Of a stretch of DNA of 64,000 nucleotides, positions 30,052-40,732 are shown piece by piece. Positions within the stretch are counted from its first letter, which is position 1; each line of letters begins with the position of its first letter. The notes below the pieces were generated by a model. The model made no database searches and had not been told where the DNA came from. It was given only the letters and a program-made list of their open reading frames with translations. Made by a program: the position numbers and the translations under genes. This stretch comes from an uncultured cyanobacterium (GTDB taxonomy: Bacteria > Cyanobacteriota > Cyanobacteriia > Cyanobacteriales > CAWUOF01): the NCBI GenBank assembly GCA_963744145.1, contig CAVUSO010000001.1, positions 2,912,001-2,976,000 of the forward strand, in the 5' to 3' direction.

Positions 30052-30438
30052 TTACCAATAACGAGTAACTGCATAATTGTCGAGCACTGCATCCACACTA
30101 ATGATCGGGATCTTTTCTGTGAGTGCTTGGGCAACCAAAAGCCGATCAAAGGGATCTTTATGATAGAATGGCAAAGTGATGATCGCGGTTACATGAGCAA
30201 CTTTAATCGGTAATATTTCCAATTCGTTAACTTGGATTTGATGTTCCATCCATGTTTCAAAATTTCCAGGAATTTGATACTTACCAATACTAATTTTGAT
30301 CGCAATTTCCCAATAGGAAGCAGGGCTGATCAATATGTCATTCAGGGGATCGACAATCAAATCACAGGCAACTGGACTAAGGGCGCGATCGTTAAGCACA
30401 AACCAGAGAAATGCCTGAGTATCGAGCAGAAACTTCAT
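30052..30438 (-). CDS. vapC: VapC PIN-domain toxin
   Basis: LLDT..FLW, S.ASYWEIAIK, HKDPFDRLLVAQA, S.D. Confidence 0.92.
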   Translation of the reverse strand: MKFLLDTQAFLWFVLNDRALSPVACDLIVDPLNDILISPASYWEIAIKISIGKYQIPGNFETWMEHQIQVNELEILPIKVAHVTAIITLPFYHKDPFDRLLVAQALTEKIPIISVDAVLDNYAVTRYW

Positions 30439-30665
30439 GGGATATAGTCGCGAAAGTTTTCCCAGTGGGTTTCGTCTTCGGACAGGATCGTTAGGGTTCC
30501 GATCGCACTACCAGGTTGACGAGGTTTGCGGGGTGGTTGGAGTTCGGCAATCAGTCTAGCGACGGTGCGATCGCCGGAAAAAATCTGCACTTCTTCACCA
30601 GGTTGCAGACTTGCAATCAGTTCGGGTAAATGAAGCTGAGCTTCTGTTAATGGAATCCTTGTCAT
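30435..30665 (-). CDS. Phd/YefM-like antitoxin
   Basis: EAQ..LPELI...GEEV.I, R.PGSA.G; 4-nt overlap with vapC. Confidence 0.8.
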   Translation of the reverse strand: MTRIPLTEAQLHLPELIASLQPGEEVQIFSGDRTVARLIAELQPPRKPRQPGSAIGTLTILSEDETHWENFRDYIP

Positions 30666-30737
30666 ATAAGTTTTTTGATTCTCTAGTCCCACTGGTTATG
30701 ATTATTTGTTAGTTTGTTTAGATGCAGATGAAATGGC

Positions 30738-30833
30738 TATAGCGTTTCTGGATGAGAGCGAGGTACGCTTTTAACCTTGAAAACCTTTTCCTGCTTACAT
30801 TTAAGTATACCTCATCTCTTTGAGAACCGCTAT
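30738..30833. repeat. ~95-bp inverted-repeat element (TATAGCG...CGCTATA type)
   Basis: TATAGCGTTTCT..GAGGTAC / GTATACCTC..AGAACCGCTATA. Confidence 0.65.
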
Positions 30834-31116
30834 ATACAAAAGGTAAATCACTGATTGGAATATTGCTATTTTTACAAAACGCGATCGGCTCATTCAGTAT
30901 CCGATGGTGAAAACAGCAATTCTAAATCTCGAATCGCATTATATGAGAAAGAATATGTACTCATCGTTAGGACTCAGAGATATTACTCAAGAGTATTCTC
31001 GTTTAAATCTTGCGTAAGTTTTGCCCAAGCTAATCACATCTTTAAAACAACTGTTTGGCATAGTATTTATGCCTTTTTTATTGTGCTTAATTTAACAGCT
31101 TCTATAGAACCTATAA

Positions 31117-31210
31117 TAAAGCGGATTCCTACTTGATGAAGTACACTCTTCTTTGAAGATCACCTAGTTTCTGGCCAGCGCTGTACTCTATTTTTATGGA
31201 ATCCGCTGTA
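31117..31210. repeat. Second inverted-repeat element of related type
   Basis: AGCGGATTCC..AGTACA / TGTACT..GGAATCCGCT. Confidence 0.6.
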
Positions 31211-31252
31211 TACTCCAGTCGAACCTAGCATTAGTTGTTGGCTGTTCTAAGT

Positions 31253-32101
31253 TTACTGGGTTCTTTTTTGTTCACTTTGATAGCGTAAATATTCACCAAT
31301 AAATGCTAAGAAACCAGATGCAATCATTAAAATTACACTCAGAGCATTAATATCTGGTTTGACACCTGTCCGAATCCGACTAAAAATTTCCATTGGTAAG
31401 GTATTAGCACCACTACCAGAGGTGAAACTAGCAATTAAAAAGTCATCCATACTTAATACAAATGCTAGTAAACAACCTGAGACAATTCCTGGCATTAATT
31501 GCGGCAATAAAACTTGAAAAAAAGCTTGAACTGGTGTTGCTCCTAAATCAAGAGCAGCTTCTTCTAAAAAAGGATTTAAGTCTGCTAATCGAGTTGAAAC
31601 GTTAATAGCTACATAGGAAATACAGAACACAATATGAGCCGCAACAATTGTCCACAAACTCAGCGGAATAGACACCACAGCCAAAAAAATCAGAGTAGCA
31701 ACAGCGATCGCAATATCGGGAATAATTAACGGTAGATAAGAAATCCCTCGATATAAAGCTTTACCAGGAAATCGATATCGAGCTAATCCCACAGCCATTA
31801 AAGTTCCTAAAACTGCGGAAGTTAACACAGCACATATTGCCACAGTTAAGCTAATTCTCAATGCGCTTAAAATGCGCTCATCGTTAAATAATTTGTTATA
31901 CCAATTGAGAGTAAATCCTTCCCAACCAGCACTATAAGAAGATTGGTTAAAACTATAAAAAGTCAGTACAAAAATGGGCAAATACATGAATAAAAACATC
32001 AGCAAAGTAAAAATTACTTGCCAAGATAGGGGGTTTTTAGACTTTTCCTTTAACATCTCTACGGGGATTTCCTCTGGTTGATTGCTGATAGTTTGTGCCA
32101 T
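31253..32101 (-). CDS. potC: Spermidine/putrescine ABC transporter permease
   Basis: LEEAALDLGA, SMDDF, TLPMEIFS, P.INALS. Confidence 0.92.
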   Translation of the reverse strand: MAQTISNQPEEIPVEMLKEKSKNPLSWQVIFTLLMFLFMYLPIFVLTFYSFNQSSYSAGWEGFTLNWYNKLFNDERILSALRISLTVAICAVLTSAVLGTLMAVGLARYRFPGKALYRGISYLPLIIPDIAIAVATLIFLAVVSIPLSLWTIVAAHIVFCISYVAINVSTRLADLNPFLEEAALDLGATPVQAFFQVLLPQLMPGIVSGCLLAFVLSMDDFLIASFTSGSGANTLPMEIFSRIRTGVKPDINALSVILMIASGFLAFIGEYLRYQSEQKRTQ

Positions 32102-32134
32102 TAAGTTTCACCTAATTATTCTTGATCCTTAACC

Positions 32135-33073
32135 TTAACGTTTGGGATTCATTTCCCCAAATTTAATTAAAAGTGCGATCGCAATACTGACAGCAAAAAT
32201 CAACACCATGCTTAAAGCTGAACCAAAACCCCAGTTTTGAGTTGCTCCCAGAAACTGGTTATAAATTAAACGAGCCATCGTCATACTCGAAGCACCACCG
32301 AGTAATTCCGGATCGACAAAATCTCCTAAACAAGAGATAAAAACCAATAAGGAACCAGCTGCTATTCCTGGTAAACTTTGAGGTACAGTGACTTTCCAGA
32401 AAGTTTGAATTGGATTAGCACCTAAATCAGCCGAAGCTTCTAACAAGCGCCGATCTAACTTTTCTAGGGAAGCATAAAGAATCGTCACAATATAAGGTAA
32501 ATAGCTGTAACTCATCCCAATAAAAACTGCGGGAGCAGAGTTAAGAATTTCTAATTTAGGTAAATGCAAAAAACCTAAAAACGAATTCATTACACCTGTG
32601 GGACGTAAAATCGTAATCCAAGCATAGGACCGGAGTAGGGATGAAGTCCAGAGCGGCAAAATAAAGCCTAATAGTAACAAATTTCGCCATCTTTTTGGTG
32701 ATAACAAAGCAATCCAATAAGCTACAGGAAAACCGAGGAGCAAACAGATCACCGTTGTCCCCGCAGCTAAAAATAGCGATCGCAGCATTACCTGAAGATT
32801 AATCGGCAGAAATTTAGCTGGATCACAGTCAACAAATCCCACCGTGAGACAATAATTTTGTAATCCGGTCGGATTAACAACATCCCCCGGATGGATATTC
32901 CGAACTAAACTAAGTTCAAAAATTACCAAACTCGGCAATACCAACAAAAGAGTTAACCATAACCCAGCCGGAAATAGCAACACCAAAGGTCCGATTTTTT
33001 TAGACAATGATTGCCAAAATGACGGTTCTGAGTTGGTTGGTAAAGAGGCAGAATTTTTGGTAGATATAGTCAC
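32135..33073 (-). CDS. potB: Spermidine/putrescine ABC transporter permease
   Basis: LPLWTSSLLRSYAW, LLEASADLGA, NWGFGSALS. Confidence 0.92.
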   Translation of the reverse strand: MTISTKNSASLPTNSEPSFWQSLSKKIGPLVLLFPAGLWLTLLLVLPSLVIFELSLVRNIHPGDVVNPTGLQNYCLTVGFVDCDPAKFLPINLQVMLRSLFLAAGTTVICLLLGFPVAYWIALLSPKRWRNLLLLGFILPLWTSSLLRSYAWITILRPTGVMNSFLGFLHLPKLEILNSAPAVFIGMSYSYLPYIVTILYASLEKLDRRLLEASADLGANPIQTFWKVTVPQSLPGIAAGSLLVFISCLGDFVDPELLGGASSMTMARLIYNQFLGATQNWGFGSALSMVLIFAVSIAIALLIKFGEMNPKR

Positions 33074-33125
33074 AGATTCACCAACTTACTTGTTAATTAT
33101 CCATTCGGGCTGATTAAGGATTAAT

Positions 33126-34241
33126 TTAGCCGCTAGTCAATTGCGTCCATAGACGATCATAAATTTCTTCAGTCCCACGAGATAAAGGAGCAATTCCTTC
33201 ACATTTGGCTAGCAAAGACTCAGGGGGAAAGATCAACTCATTATTCTGCATTGCCGGCGGTAAGAGATGATAGGCTTCACGATTAGGAGTAGCAAAATTT
33301 AATCTGGCACTAATTTGAGCGCTAATCGCAGGTTGAAACATAAAATTGATCCATTTATAAGCCCACTCAGGATTAGGCGCATATTTGGGGATTACCATGG
33401 TATCCGTCCAGAGAGAAGTCCCACTGCGAGGGATAATAAATTTAAGATTGGAGTTACTTTTGATCACTTCGCTAGCATCAGCAGAATAACTCATCGCGAG
33501 GGATAGATCACCAACCGCAATTTGGGAACGCCAAGCATCAGAAGTAAAAGAAGCGATCGCTGGTTTTAGCTCCATCAAAGCTTGATAAGCTTGTTTAATT
33601 TCGGCGGGATTTTGAGAATTATAGGAATATCCTAATTTTTTTAAGGTTGCCCCCATCACTTCCCGCACATCATTAAGCAAGGTCAATCTTTTACTTAGTT
33701 CTTGTTTATGGTCCCACAGATAATTCCAATCTTCTGGGGGCGTTTTGAGCTTCTGGGGATTATAAATCAAACCAGTAGTGCCCCAACTGACGGGCACACT
33801 ATACTTATTGCCGGGATCATAAGCGGGATTTTGGAATTTGGGAGTAAGCTGATTGAAACCTTCGATTTGAGATTGATCGATTGGTGCTAATAAACCCAAA
33901 TCAGCCATTTTTTGCACCATATAATCAGATGGATAGATGATGCTATAGGCTGCACCACCTCCCGCTTCAATCCGGGCTAACATAGCCTCATTGGAATCGT
34001 AGACATCCGTCACTACAGGAATACCAGTTTGGGCACTAAAGCTATTGAGTAAATCCTCATCGCTATAGTTAGCCCAAGTGTAAATGTAAAGTTTATCCTT
34101 GGGACCGGAGGTCTGACGGACTTTCGCCAGAGTCCAGCCACAACTAGATAACATCATTCCCGAAAGCGCTGCTGCTGACGTTTGTAAAAAACTACGCCGA
34201 GTTGGGCGGTTTAGAGAAGAGGATAAGTTAGTCGGAGGCAC
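33126..34241 (-). CDS. potD: Polyamine ABC substrate-binding protein (Tat lipoprotein signal)
   Basis: RRSFL...LSSC, YTWANY, YDSNE, PSDYMV, WTDTM. Confidence 0.92.
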   Translation of the reverse strand: MPPTNLSSSLNRPTRRSFLQTSAAALSGMMLSSCGWTLAKVRQTSGPKDKLYIYTWANYSDEDLLNSFSAQTGIPVVTDVYDSNEAMLARIEAGGGAAYSIIYPSDYMVQKMADLGLLAPIDQSQIEGFNQLTPKFQNPAYDPGNKYSVPVSWGTTGLIYNPQKLKTPPEDWNYLWDHKQELSKRLTLLNDVREVMGATLKKLGYSYNSQNPAEIKQAYQALMELKPAIASFTSDAWRSQIAVGDLSLAMSYSADASEVIKSNSNLKFIIPRSGTSLWTDTMVIPKYAPNPEWAYKWINFMFQPAISAQISARLNFATPNREAYHLLPPAMQNNELIFPPESLLAKCEGIAPLSRGTEEIYDRLWTQLTSG

Positions 34242-34327
34242 AGTTTCCTTTCCATGGGTCGGATCTAACAGAACTTAAGAATTAGGTTAGCAAAATCGGG
34301 GTAGAAGAGAGGAGGAAACTACCACAA

Positions 34328-35459
34328 CTAACTGCCCACTAAAGCGATCGCATCGGTAGGATGCCAATAAGCATAGAGGGGAGTATCCATACTTGGCCAA
34401 TGACGTTCTGTATTTGGTTGTCGAACTGTAATCTGATCGCCTGTATTTAACTGCACAAAATAATGAACATGAGTGCCCAAATACATCACATTTTTCAGAA
34501 CGTCCTTCAAAGCAATTGACGGATACACTAGGCAGTTCCCAACTTAACTGAATTTTTTCTGGACGAACACTGACTACCACTTGATCAGTAGCTGAGTTAC
34601 TATAGACTTCTGGATGCTGAACTACAATTTTCAGTCCAGTTTTAGTGCCAATTTGCCAGGAATTAGCATCATTTGTGTCTATCCGACCGGAAAAAAGATT
34701 GGTTTCCCCAATAAAATCAGCTACAAAAGCCGTCCGGGGACGATTATAGATTTGATCAGGGGCACCTAGTTGTTCAACTCTGCCTTCATTCATGACGGCA
34801 ATCCGATCGGATAAAGACAGGGCTTCTTCTTGATCATGAGTAACCATGACAAAAGTCAATCCCAAATCTTGATGCAAATTGGAGAGTTCCATTTGCATTT
34901 CTTTGCGAAGTTTCAAATCCAAAGCCCCCAGAGGTTCATCTAACAACACAACTGCGGGCCGATTCACTAAAGCCCTGGCCAAAGCTACCCGTTGCTGTTG
35001 CCCCCCCGAAAGTTGAGCAGGATAACGTTTAGCAAAGGATTCCATCTTTACCAGTTTGAGAGCTTCTTTGACTCGTTCTTCTAGTTCTACCTGAGCGAGC
35101 CGTTTAATCTTGAGACCAAAAGCGATATTTTCCCAAACCGTCAAATGATTAAACAAAGCATAGCTTTGAAACACCGTATTAACTGGACGACGATAGGGAG
35201 GGGTGTGAGTCATTAACTGACCCCGAATCAAGACTTCTCCAGCCGAGGGGCTTTCAAAGCCAGCAATTAAACGAAGAGTAGTGGTCTTACCACAGCCAGA
35301 TGGGCCAAGAATACTGAAAAATTCGCCCTGGGCGATATCGAGGTCAACACCACGAACAGCTGTTTCACCATTGAAAACCTTAAAAACTTTACGGAGTTCA
35401 ACATCGATGGCCGTTTCAGCTAGGGTTGAGTATTGATTATGGGTAGCAGTTTGAGACAT
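34328..35459 (-). CDS. potA: Polyamine ABC ATPase with an apparent +1 frameshift near 34499
   Basis: GPSGCGKTT, LSGGQQQR, LLDEP; TOBE-type tail LKNVMYLGTHVHY... lies in another frame. Confidence 0.88.
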
Positions 35460-35558
35460 AATAGCGAATTCCTGCGGTGATGCCTCTTTAATACTTTTTG
35501 TTTGATTGAGCAATCCGAATTGTTCCCAATATAATTCTTCCTCACAGTTTTTTGAAAT

Positions 35559-37403
35559 ATGACCTTAACTCAGTCTTCTTCCAGAATTAGTCACCAAACT
35601 TCTACACGCACAGTGGGACGGGATTTTCAGTCAATTATTTTGATGCTCCTGTTTACTTTGATGATGATTGGTGGTATTGGCTCTCGCTTGACCTTCCTCC
35701 AACTGGTTGAAGGCCAACATAATCGTCTGCTGGCCGAAAATAACCGGATTCGTTTGATTCCCAAACTCCCGGAACGGGGCCGCATTCTTGATCGTAAAGG
35801 CCGGATTTTGGCCACTAGCCGTCTGTCCCATGCGGTTTATGTATGGCCATTGATTCGGAAACATCCGTCATGGCCAAAAACCTTGAAGCGTCTGGCCCAA
35901 ATTCTGGAAATTCCGGCAGCCGATATTCAAAAACGCATGGAGCAAGCTGGTGATGCTTCCCCATTTTTAGTCCGGATTGCCCGGAGTCTCAATCCAGCCC
36001 AAGTAACAGCGATCGAAGAACAACGATTGGAATTAGAAGGGGTGGAAGTTGATTCAGAAGTGGTGCGCTATTACCCCAATGGAGATTTAGCCTCTCACAT
36101 TCTGGGTTATACCGGAGAAATGACTGACGAAGAATTAGATAAGCTCCATGATAAAGGTTATCGCTTGGGTGATGTGATTGGTCAAATGGGAGTGGAAGCA
36201 GCGTTTGAAGACCAATTACGGGGAGAATGGGGTGGTCAACAGGTTGAGGTTGATGGTGCAGGTCAAATATTAAGGGTTTTAGGACAAAAACCGGCTCAAG
36301 CTGGCAATGATGTGCATTTAACCATAGATATTGATTTACAGCGGGTAGCGGAGAATGCACTTGGGGATACCAAAGGGGCGATCGTCGTTCTTGATCCGGA
36401 AAATGGGGCAGTTTTAGCCATGGCTAGTCGTCCGGCTTTCGATCCTAACTTATTTTCTGGTCGGATTTCTGAAACTGCTTGGAAACGTTTACAAAATGAA
36501 GACCACCCTTTTGTTAACCGAGCTTTGCAAGGCTTTCCCCCTGCTAGTACATTTAAGATTATTACTACTACTGCTGGAATTGAATCGGGCAAATTCTCGG
36601 CTGATAGCGTAATCGATACATACGGCTCAATTATGGTCGGTGGGATTGAGTTTGCTGATTGGAACCATGCTGGTTTTGGTCCTCTAGATTTTGTGGGCGC
36701 TCTGACCTGGAGTAGTGATACGTTCTTTTATCAAATTGGGATGGGCGTTGGCGGGCCGACTTTAATCGAGTGGACTAGAAAATTTGGGTTTGGTCAAAAA
36801 ACCGGAATTGAGTTAGGTAAGGAAGAAGCTGCTGGTTTAGTTGCTGATGAAGAATGGAAGAAGCAGGAAATTGGCGAAGGTTGGTATTTAGGTGATACGG
36901 TGAATATGTCTATTGGTCAAGGTTTTCTGCAAGTTACTCCCATTCAAGCTGCGGTGATGTTTTCGGTGCCCGCTAATGGTGGATATCGGGTTAAACCGCA
37001 TATTCTCAAAGATAATGAATCTAATCGAAATTGGCGGGAATCTTTACATTTAAAACCGGAAACAATTCAGGTTTTACGAGAAGGTTTACGGGGTGTGGTT
37101 AATGGTGGGACTGGAGCAGTTCTAAATGTTACTACTATTCCCCCTGCTGCTGGTAAAAGTGGTACAGCCGAAGATCCCCCACGTTTATCTCATACTTGGT
37201 TTGGTGCTTATGCACCTGCTAATAAACCAGAAATTGTGGCTGTTGCTTTTGGGGAAAATTCTGGTGGTGGTGGTGGTTCTTTTGCTGCACCAAAAGTCCT
37301 TCAGGTATTAGAATATTATTTTAAAGCTAAAAAAGGTGGCAAACCTACACCTTTAGAATCCTCGATCCCGACCGAATCTATACCTGTTGATAATTCTCAC
37401 TAG
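35559..37403 (+). CDS. mrdA: Penicillin-binding protein 2
   Basis: RGRILDR, R.YP, STFK, SSD, KSGT motifs. Confidence 0.95.
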   Translation: MTLTQSSSRISHQTSTRTVGRDFQSIILMLLFTLMMIGGIGSRLTFLQLVEGQHNRLLAENNRIRLIPKLPERGRILDRKGRILATSRLSHAVYVWPLIRKHPSWPKTLKRLAQILEIPAADIQKRMEQAGDASPFLVRIARSLNPAQVTAIEEQRLELEGVEVDSEVVRYYPNGDLASHILGYTGEMTDEELDKLHDKGYRLGDVIGQMGVEAAFEDQLRGEWGGQQVEVDGAGQILRVLGQKPAQAGNDVHLTIDIDLQRVAENALGDTKGAIVVLDPENGAVLAMASRPAFDPNLFSGRISETAWKRLQNEDHPFVNRALQGFPPASTFKIITTTAGIESGKFSADSVIDTYGSIMVGGIEFADWNHAGFGPLDFVGALTWSSDTFFYQIGMGVGGPTLIEWTRKFGFGQKTGIELGKEEAAGLVADEEWKKQEIGEGWYLGDTVNMSIGQGFLQVTPIQAAVMFSVPANGGYRVKPHILKDNESNRNWRESLHLKPETIQVLREGLRGVVNGGTGAVLNVTTIPPAAGKSGTAEDPPRLSHTWFGAYAPANKPEIVAVAFGENSGGGGGSFAAPKVLQVLEYYFKAKKGGKPTPLESSIPTESIPVDNSH

Positions 37404-37472
37404 CTTGGCGATCGAAGAAATTTTCGGTTTAACAAATTAGCTATTTTTGCTGTTAGTGGTTGGTTTTTGCTC

Positions 37473-37502
37473 ACCGACCAAATTCATCAGAATTTGGTCG
37501 GT
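37473..37502. terminator. Hairpin between convergent genes
   Basis: ACCGACCAAATTC-ATCA-GAATTTGGTCGGT perfect 13-bp stem. Confidence 0.7.
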
Positions 37503-37518
37503 AAATAGATCACAGGTT

Positions 37519-38514
37519 CTAGAAGTTATAACCAATTCCTAAACGCGCTTCTGCATCAACATTGTCGAGAAACAGTAAATTGACTGCGCCTGTGAAGGTA
37601 AAATTGTTACTCAAAACGTAATCAACGCCACCCGTGAGCATAAAATCAAACTGAGTATCAGAGTTATTGCTCGTATCTACTGACACGGTCACTCCAGCAC
37701 CAGCAAAAGGAGAGAGTTGATCTAGTGGTGTTTGTGTCTCCAGGTTGAGTTGGGGAAAATCTAAAGTTATGGGAAGACGGATATCTAAACCATCACTAAA
37801 TGCTACTGAAGGACGCACCGACACGGTAAATTGTGAATCCTTCCAATCAATGTCGTAGAGTTTCAATTTGCTGACGATCGCAAATCGGACGGGATCTCCT
37901 ATTTGCACACCAACACCTAAGTAGTTATCTCCCGCTCGTCCATTATTGAAAAATCGATGTTCTTGAGGAACAGCATGAGGTGTCGGTTGGACTACTGGTG
38001 TCGTCGGTTGGACTACTGGTGTCGTTGGTTGGACTACTGGTGTCGTTGGTTGGATTACTGGTGCTGGTTGGATTACTGGTGCTGGTTGGATTACTGGTGC
38101 TGGTTGGACTGTCGATGGGTCTACACTGATCAAATCAGCTGCTGAAGTTGAAATTTTTGAATTTAAAGTTGGATAATTAGCGATCGGTTGACTGGGACTT
38201 TTTGATGTAATATCAACTGCTGGGGAAATGATGGACTGATTATTAGCAATTTGAAAGTGCGGTGCTGTACCTGACTTGATTAATTTATCTAGATTTGGGA
38301 GCTGAAAATCAGTTGCGTGAAAATTTGATTCTCCCGTGAATGTCCTTGGCTGGGCTGGGACAACAGTTTCACTTAGTTGAGATGTTGCTGTACTATATGC
38401 TAAAGGGCTGTTCCCTGTTTCCGCTTGAGCTGATAAGCTAACAACCATAGTGCTCAATGCGGTAAAACTGATGATTGAAGGTAAATGCCTGATAAAACTT
38501 GGTTTCACGGTCAC
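37519..38514 (-). CDS. Secreted protein with C-terminal outer-membrane beta-barrel-like domain
   Basis: Signal peptide, Pro-rich linker, NYLGVG...PFAGAG...TGGVDY...LGIGYNF with terminal Phe. Confidence 0.75.
   Translation of the reverse strand: MTVKPSFIRHLPSIISFTALSTMVVSLSAQAETGNSPLAYSTATSQLSETVVPAQPRTFTGESNFHATDFQLPNLDKLIKSGTAPHFQIANNQSIISPAVDITSKSPSQPIANYPTLNSKISTSAADLISVDPSTVQPAPVIQPAPVIQPAPVIQPTTPVVQPTTPVVQPTTPVVQPTPHAVPQEHRFFNNGRAGDNYLGVGVQIGDPVRFAIVSKLKLYDIDWKDSQFTVSVRPSVAFSDGLDIRLPITLDFPQLNLETQTPLDQLSPFAGAGVTVSVDTSNNSDTQFDFMLTGGVDYVLSNNFTFTGAVNLLFLDNVDAEARLGIGYNF
37985..38110 (-). repeat. In-frame coding tandem repeats (18- and 21-nt units)
   Basis: (QPAPVI)x3 then (QPTTPVV)x3. Confidence 0.85.
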
Positions 38515-38842
38515 TCCTCTCTGGTAATCGGTTTTACAATTGGAAAAAGCGCCGAAACTAAGCTATCTGCACAGATTAGCTCAATGTTTGGGCTTTTATT
38601 GGACTAAATTGCCCAAGTCCTAACCTGGGATATCTAGATTCTGCTGTTAATTTACAGGATACTAGGTGAGACTGCCAATAGTTTGTGTTCAGTGTTCAGG
38701 ATAATTTATTGTACACTAACAGCCAAATTTTAGCCTTTGTATGCTTTTAGACTATTAAGATATTACCAACTACTATTCTTTCGATCATCTTTACTCCCCC
38801 ATTAATTTTCCCAATCCAATTTGTTAATTGGCTTTATTTTTC

Positions 38843-40732
38843 TTAACGAAAAGAATTAATCTGACGATCTAACTCTACTATCTTTTGTTCGATCGCAGAA
38901 AGTTCCTGATGGTACTTTTCCGCGAGCTCACGATCTTTAGAAATGTCGGTTTTTTTCCACAATTCTAAAATTTGACTACGGTGTTTATCATACATTATTC
39001 GTTCCATCTGAGTAGCTGCATCTTGGATTAATTCACTAGCCCGAATTAGATCCCGTTCTGTATACTCATCTAAATGAAATAAGTGAAAAACTTGTTTCAT
39101 TTGAGTGGGAAATTCGATCAACAAGTCTTGCAATTTCGAGATTAAATCAGGTTGTTCAGTTTCAGATATTGGTCGTAATTTTAAAAGCTGTTGCCACAAA
39201 AAACGGTGATGGGATAGACTAAATTGCAGATCCTTTTCTTCTAACAGATTAATGATCCTTTGACGTTGTTCGCTACAGTGGAGATAAAGACGTAAAAGTA
39301 AAGCTTCAGCTTTTTCTAATAAAATGGAATCGGAACCAACTGAAAGTGCTGGGGTGCGATCGCGTTTTAGTTTACCAACTAGTTGCGGTTCTAATTGTTT
39401 TTTCAATTGAGCAATCAGTCGCAAAACCATTCGTGATTTTCCCTGACTTAAAATCTCTGCACATCTGCTTAAATAATGAGTCCGCTGATTCTCATTAGTA
39501 ATCTGATTCAGCAACTTTACCATACCCTGAAAAACTTGTTGATACTGATCTGCTTGTTTCAGGTCTTGATCAGTGAGCAGTTGTTCAATTTGCCAATCTA
39601 ACCAGAGAGGTGCATTTTGAAGTAATTCTTTATATGCTGTTGGATCAGATGTTTTCAGAAATTCATCCGCATCTTTACCAGTGGGAAGATTAATGATGCG
39701 GAGTTGTATTTCCCCAGCATATACTAAACTATAAATCCCTTCAACTGCCCGAAAAACAGCATTGTTACCCGCTCGATCAGCATCAAAATTAAAGACTATT
39801 TGTTTCGATTCAGTGTAGCGCAGTAATTGCCGGATTTGTTCAATATGCAGAGCTGTTCCGAGGGCCGCAACTACCTGATTAATTCCTCGGGAATGGAGAG
39901 CGATCGCATCAAAATATCCCTCGACAATAATAGCTTGATCTGATTTAGCGATCGCAGTTTTGGCTTTATCAATTGCAAATAATATTTGACTTTTATGAAA
40001 CAATTCTGTGTCGGGAGAATTGAGATATTTAGGTTGTTCATCTCCTAAACTTCTCCCCCCAAAACCAATAATACGTCCTTGGGGATCGTGAATGGGAATC
40101 ATCAACCGATTGCGAAATATATCATAGTAGCTATCTCCCGATTTGCGCGGTTTAATTAAGCCAGTTTTTTCCACTAATTCAGGTGGAAAACCTTTTTGTT
40201 TAACTAGATAACCATAAACTGTTTCCCACCCAGATGGTGCTAAACCGAGCTGAAAATATTGGATCGTTTCTTGACTGAGTTGTCGGTTAGTTTGTAAATA
40301 AGCTAAAGCTGAATTTCCGGGTTGAGCTAAAACATGTTGATAAAAACTGGCAGCGATCGCCAAAATTTCATATAATTGTTCTCGGAAATTAGCTTGACGC
40401 TGAAATTCTGCTTGCTGTTCAGGTGCTAGGGATTTGACCACAATCTGGTAGCGTCGTGCTAAATCTAGCAGCACATCAGAAAAAGAACGTTTTTCCAGAT
40501 CCATCAGGAATTTAATCCCATTCCCCCCCGATTGACACCCAAAGCAGTAGTACATCTGTTTATGGGGACTAACGGTAAAGCTGGGTGACTTTTCCTCATG
40601 GAATGGACATAACCCAACATAATCTTTACCACGCTTACGCAGTACCACCCGTTCGCCAATAATATCAACAATATCAGCGCGTTGTTTAATTTCTTCGATC
40701 GTGTCTGGATGTAGTCGCAGATTATAACCCAT
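38843..40732 (-). CDS. dnaG: DNA primase
   Basis: CPFH.EKSPSF, CFGC, KYLNSP, VEGYFD, FDAD, KDADE. Confidence 0.97.
   Translation of the reverse strand: MGYNLRLHPDTIEEIKQRADIVDIIGERVVLRKRGKDYVGLCPFHEEKSPSFTVSPHKQMYYCFGCQSGGNGIKFLMDLEKRSFSDVLLDLARRYQIVVKSLAPEQQAEFQRQANFREQLYEILAIAASFYQHVLAQPGNSALAYLQTNRQLSQETIQYFQLGLAPSGWETVYGYLVKQKGFPPELVEKTGLIKPRKSGDSYYDIFRNRLMIPIHDPQGRIIGFGGRSLGDEQPKYLNSPDTELFHKSQILFAIDKAKTAIAKSDQAIIVEGYFDAIALHSRGINQVVAALGTALHIEQIRQLLRYTESKQIVFNFDADRAGNNAVFRAVEGIYSLVYAGEIQLRIINLPTGKDADEFLKTSDPTAYKELLQNAPLWLDWQIEQLLTDQDLKQADQYQQVFQGMVKLLNQITNENQRTHYLSRCAEILSQGKSRMVLRLIAQLKKQLEPQLVGKLKRDRTPALSVGSDSILLEKAEALLLRLYLHCSEQRQRIINLLEEKDLQFSLSHHRFLWQQLLKLRPISETEQPDLISKLQDLLIEFPTQMKQVFHLFHLDEYTERDLIRASELIQDAATQMERIMYDKHRSQILELWKKTDISKDRELAEKYHQELSAIEQKIVELDRQINSFR

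Noticed and set aside
30855..31136. 93-aa ORF
   Set aside because: TTG start, no recognisable motif, lies in degraded sequence between IR elements
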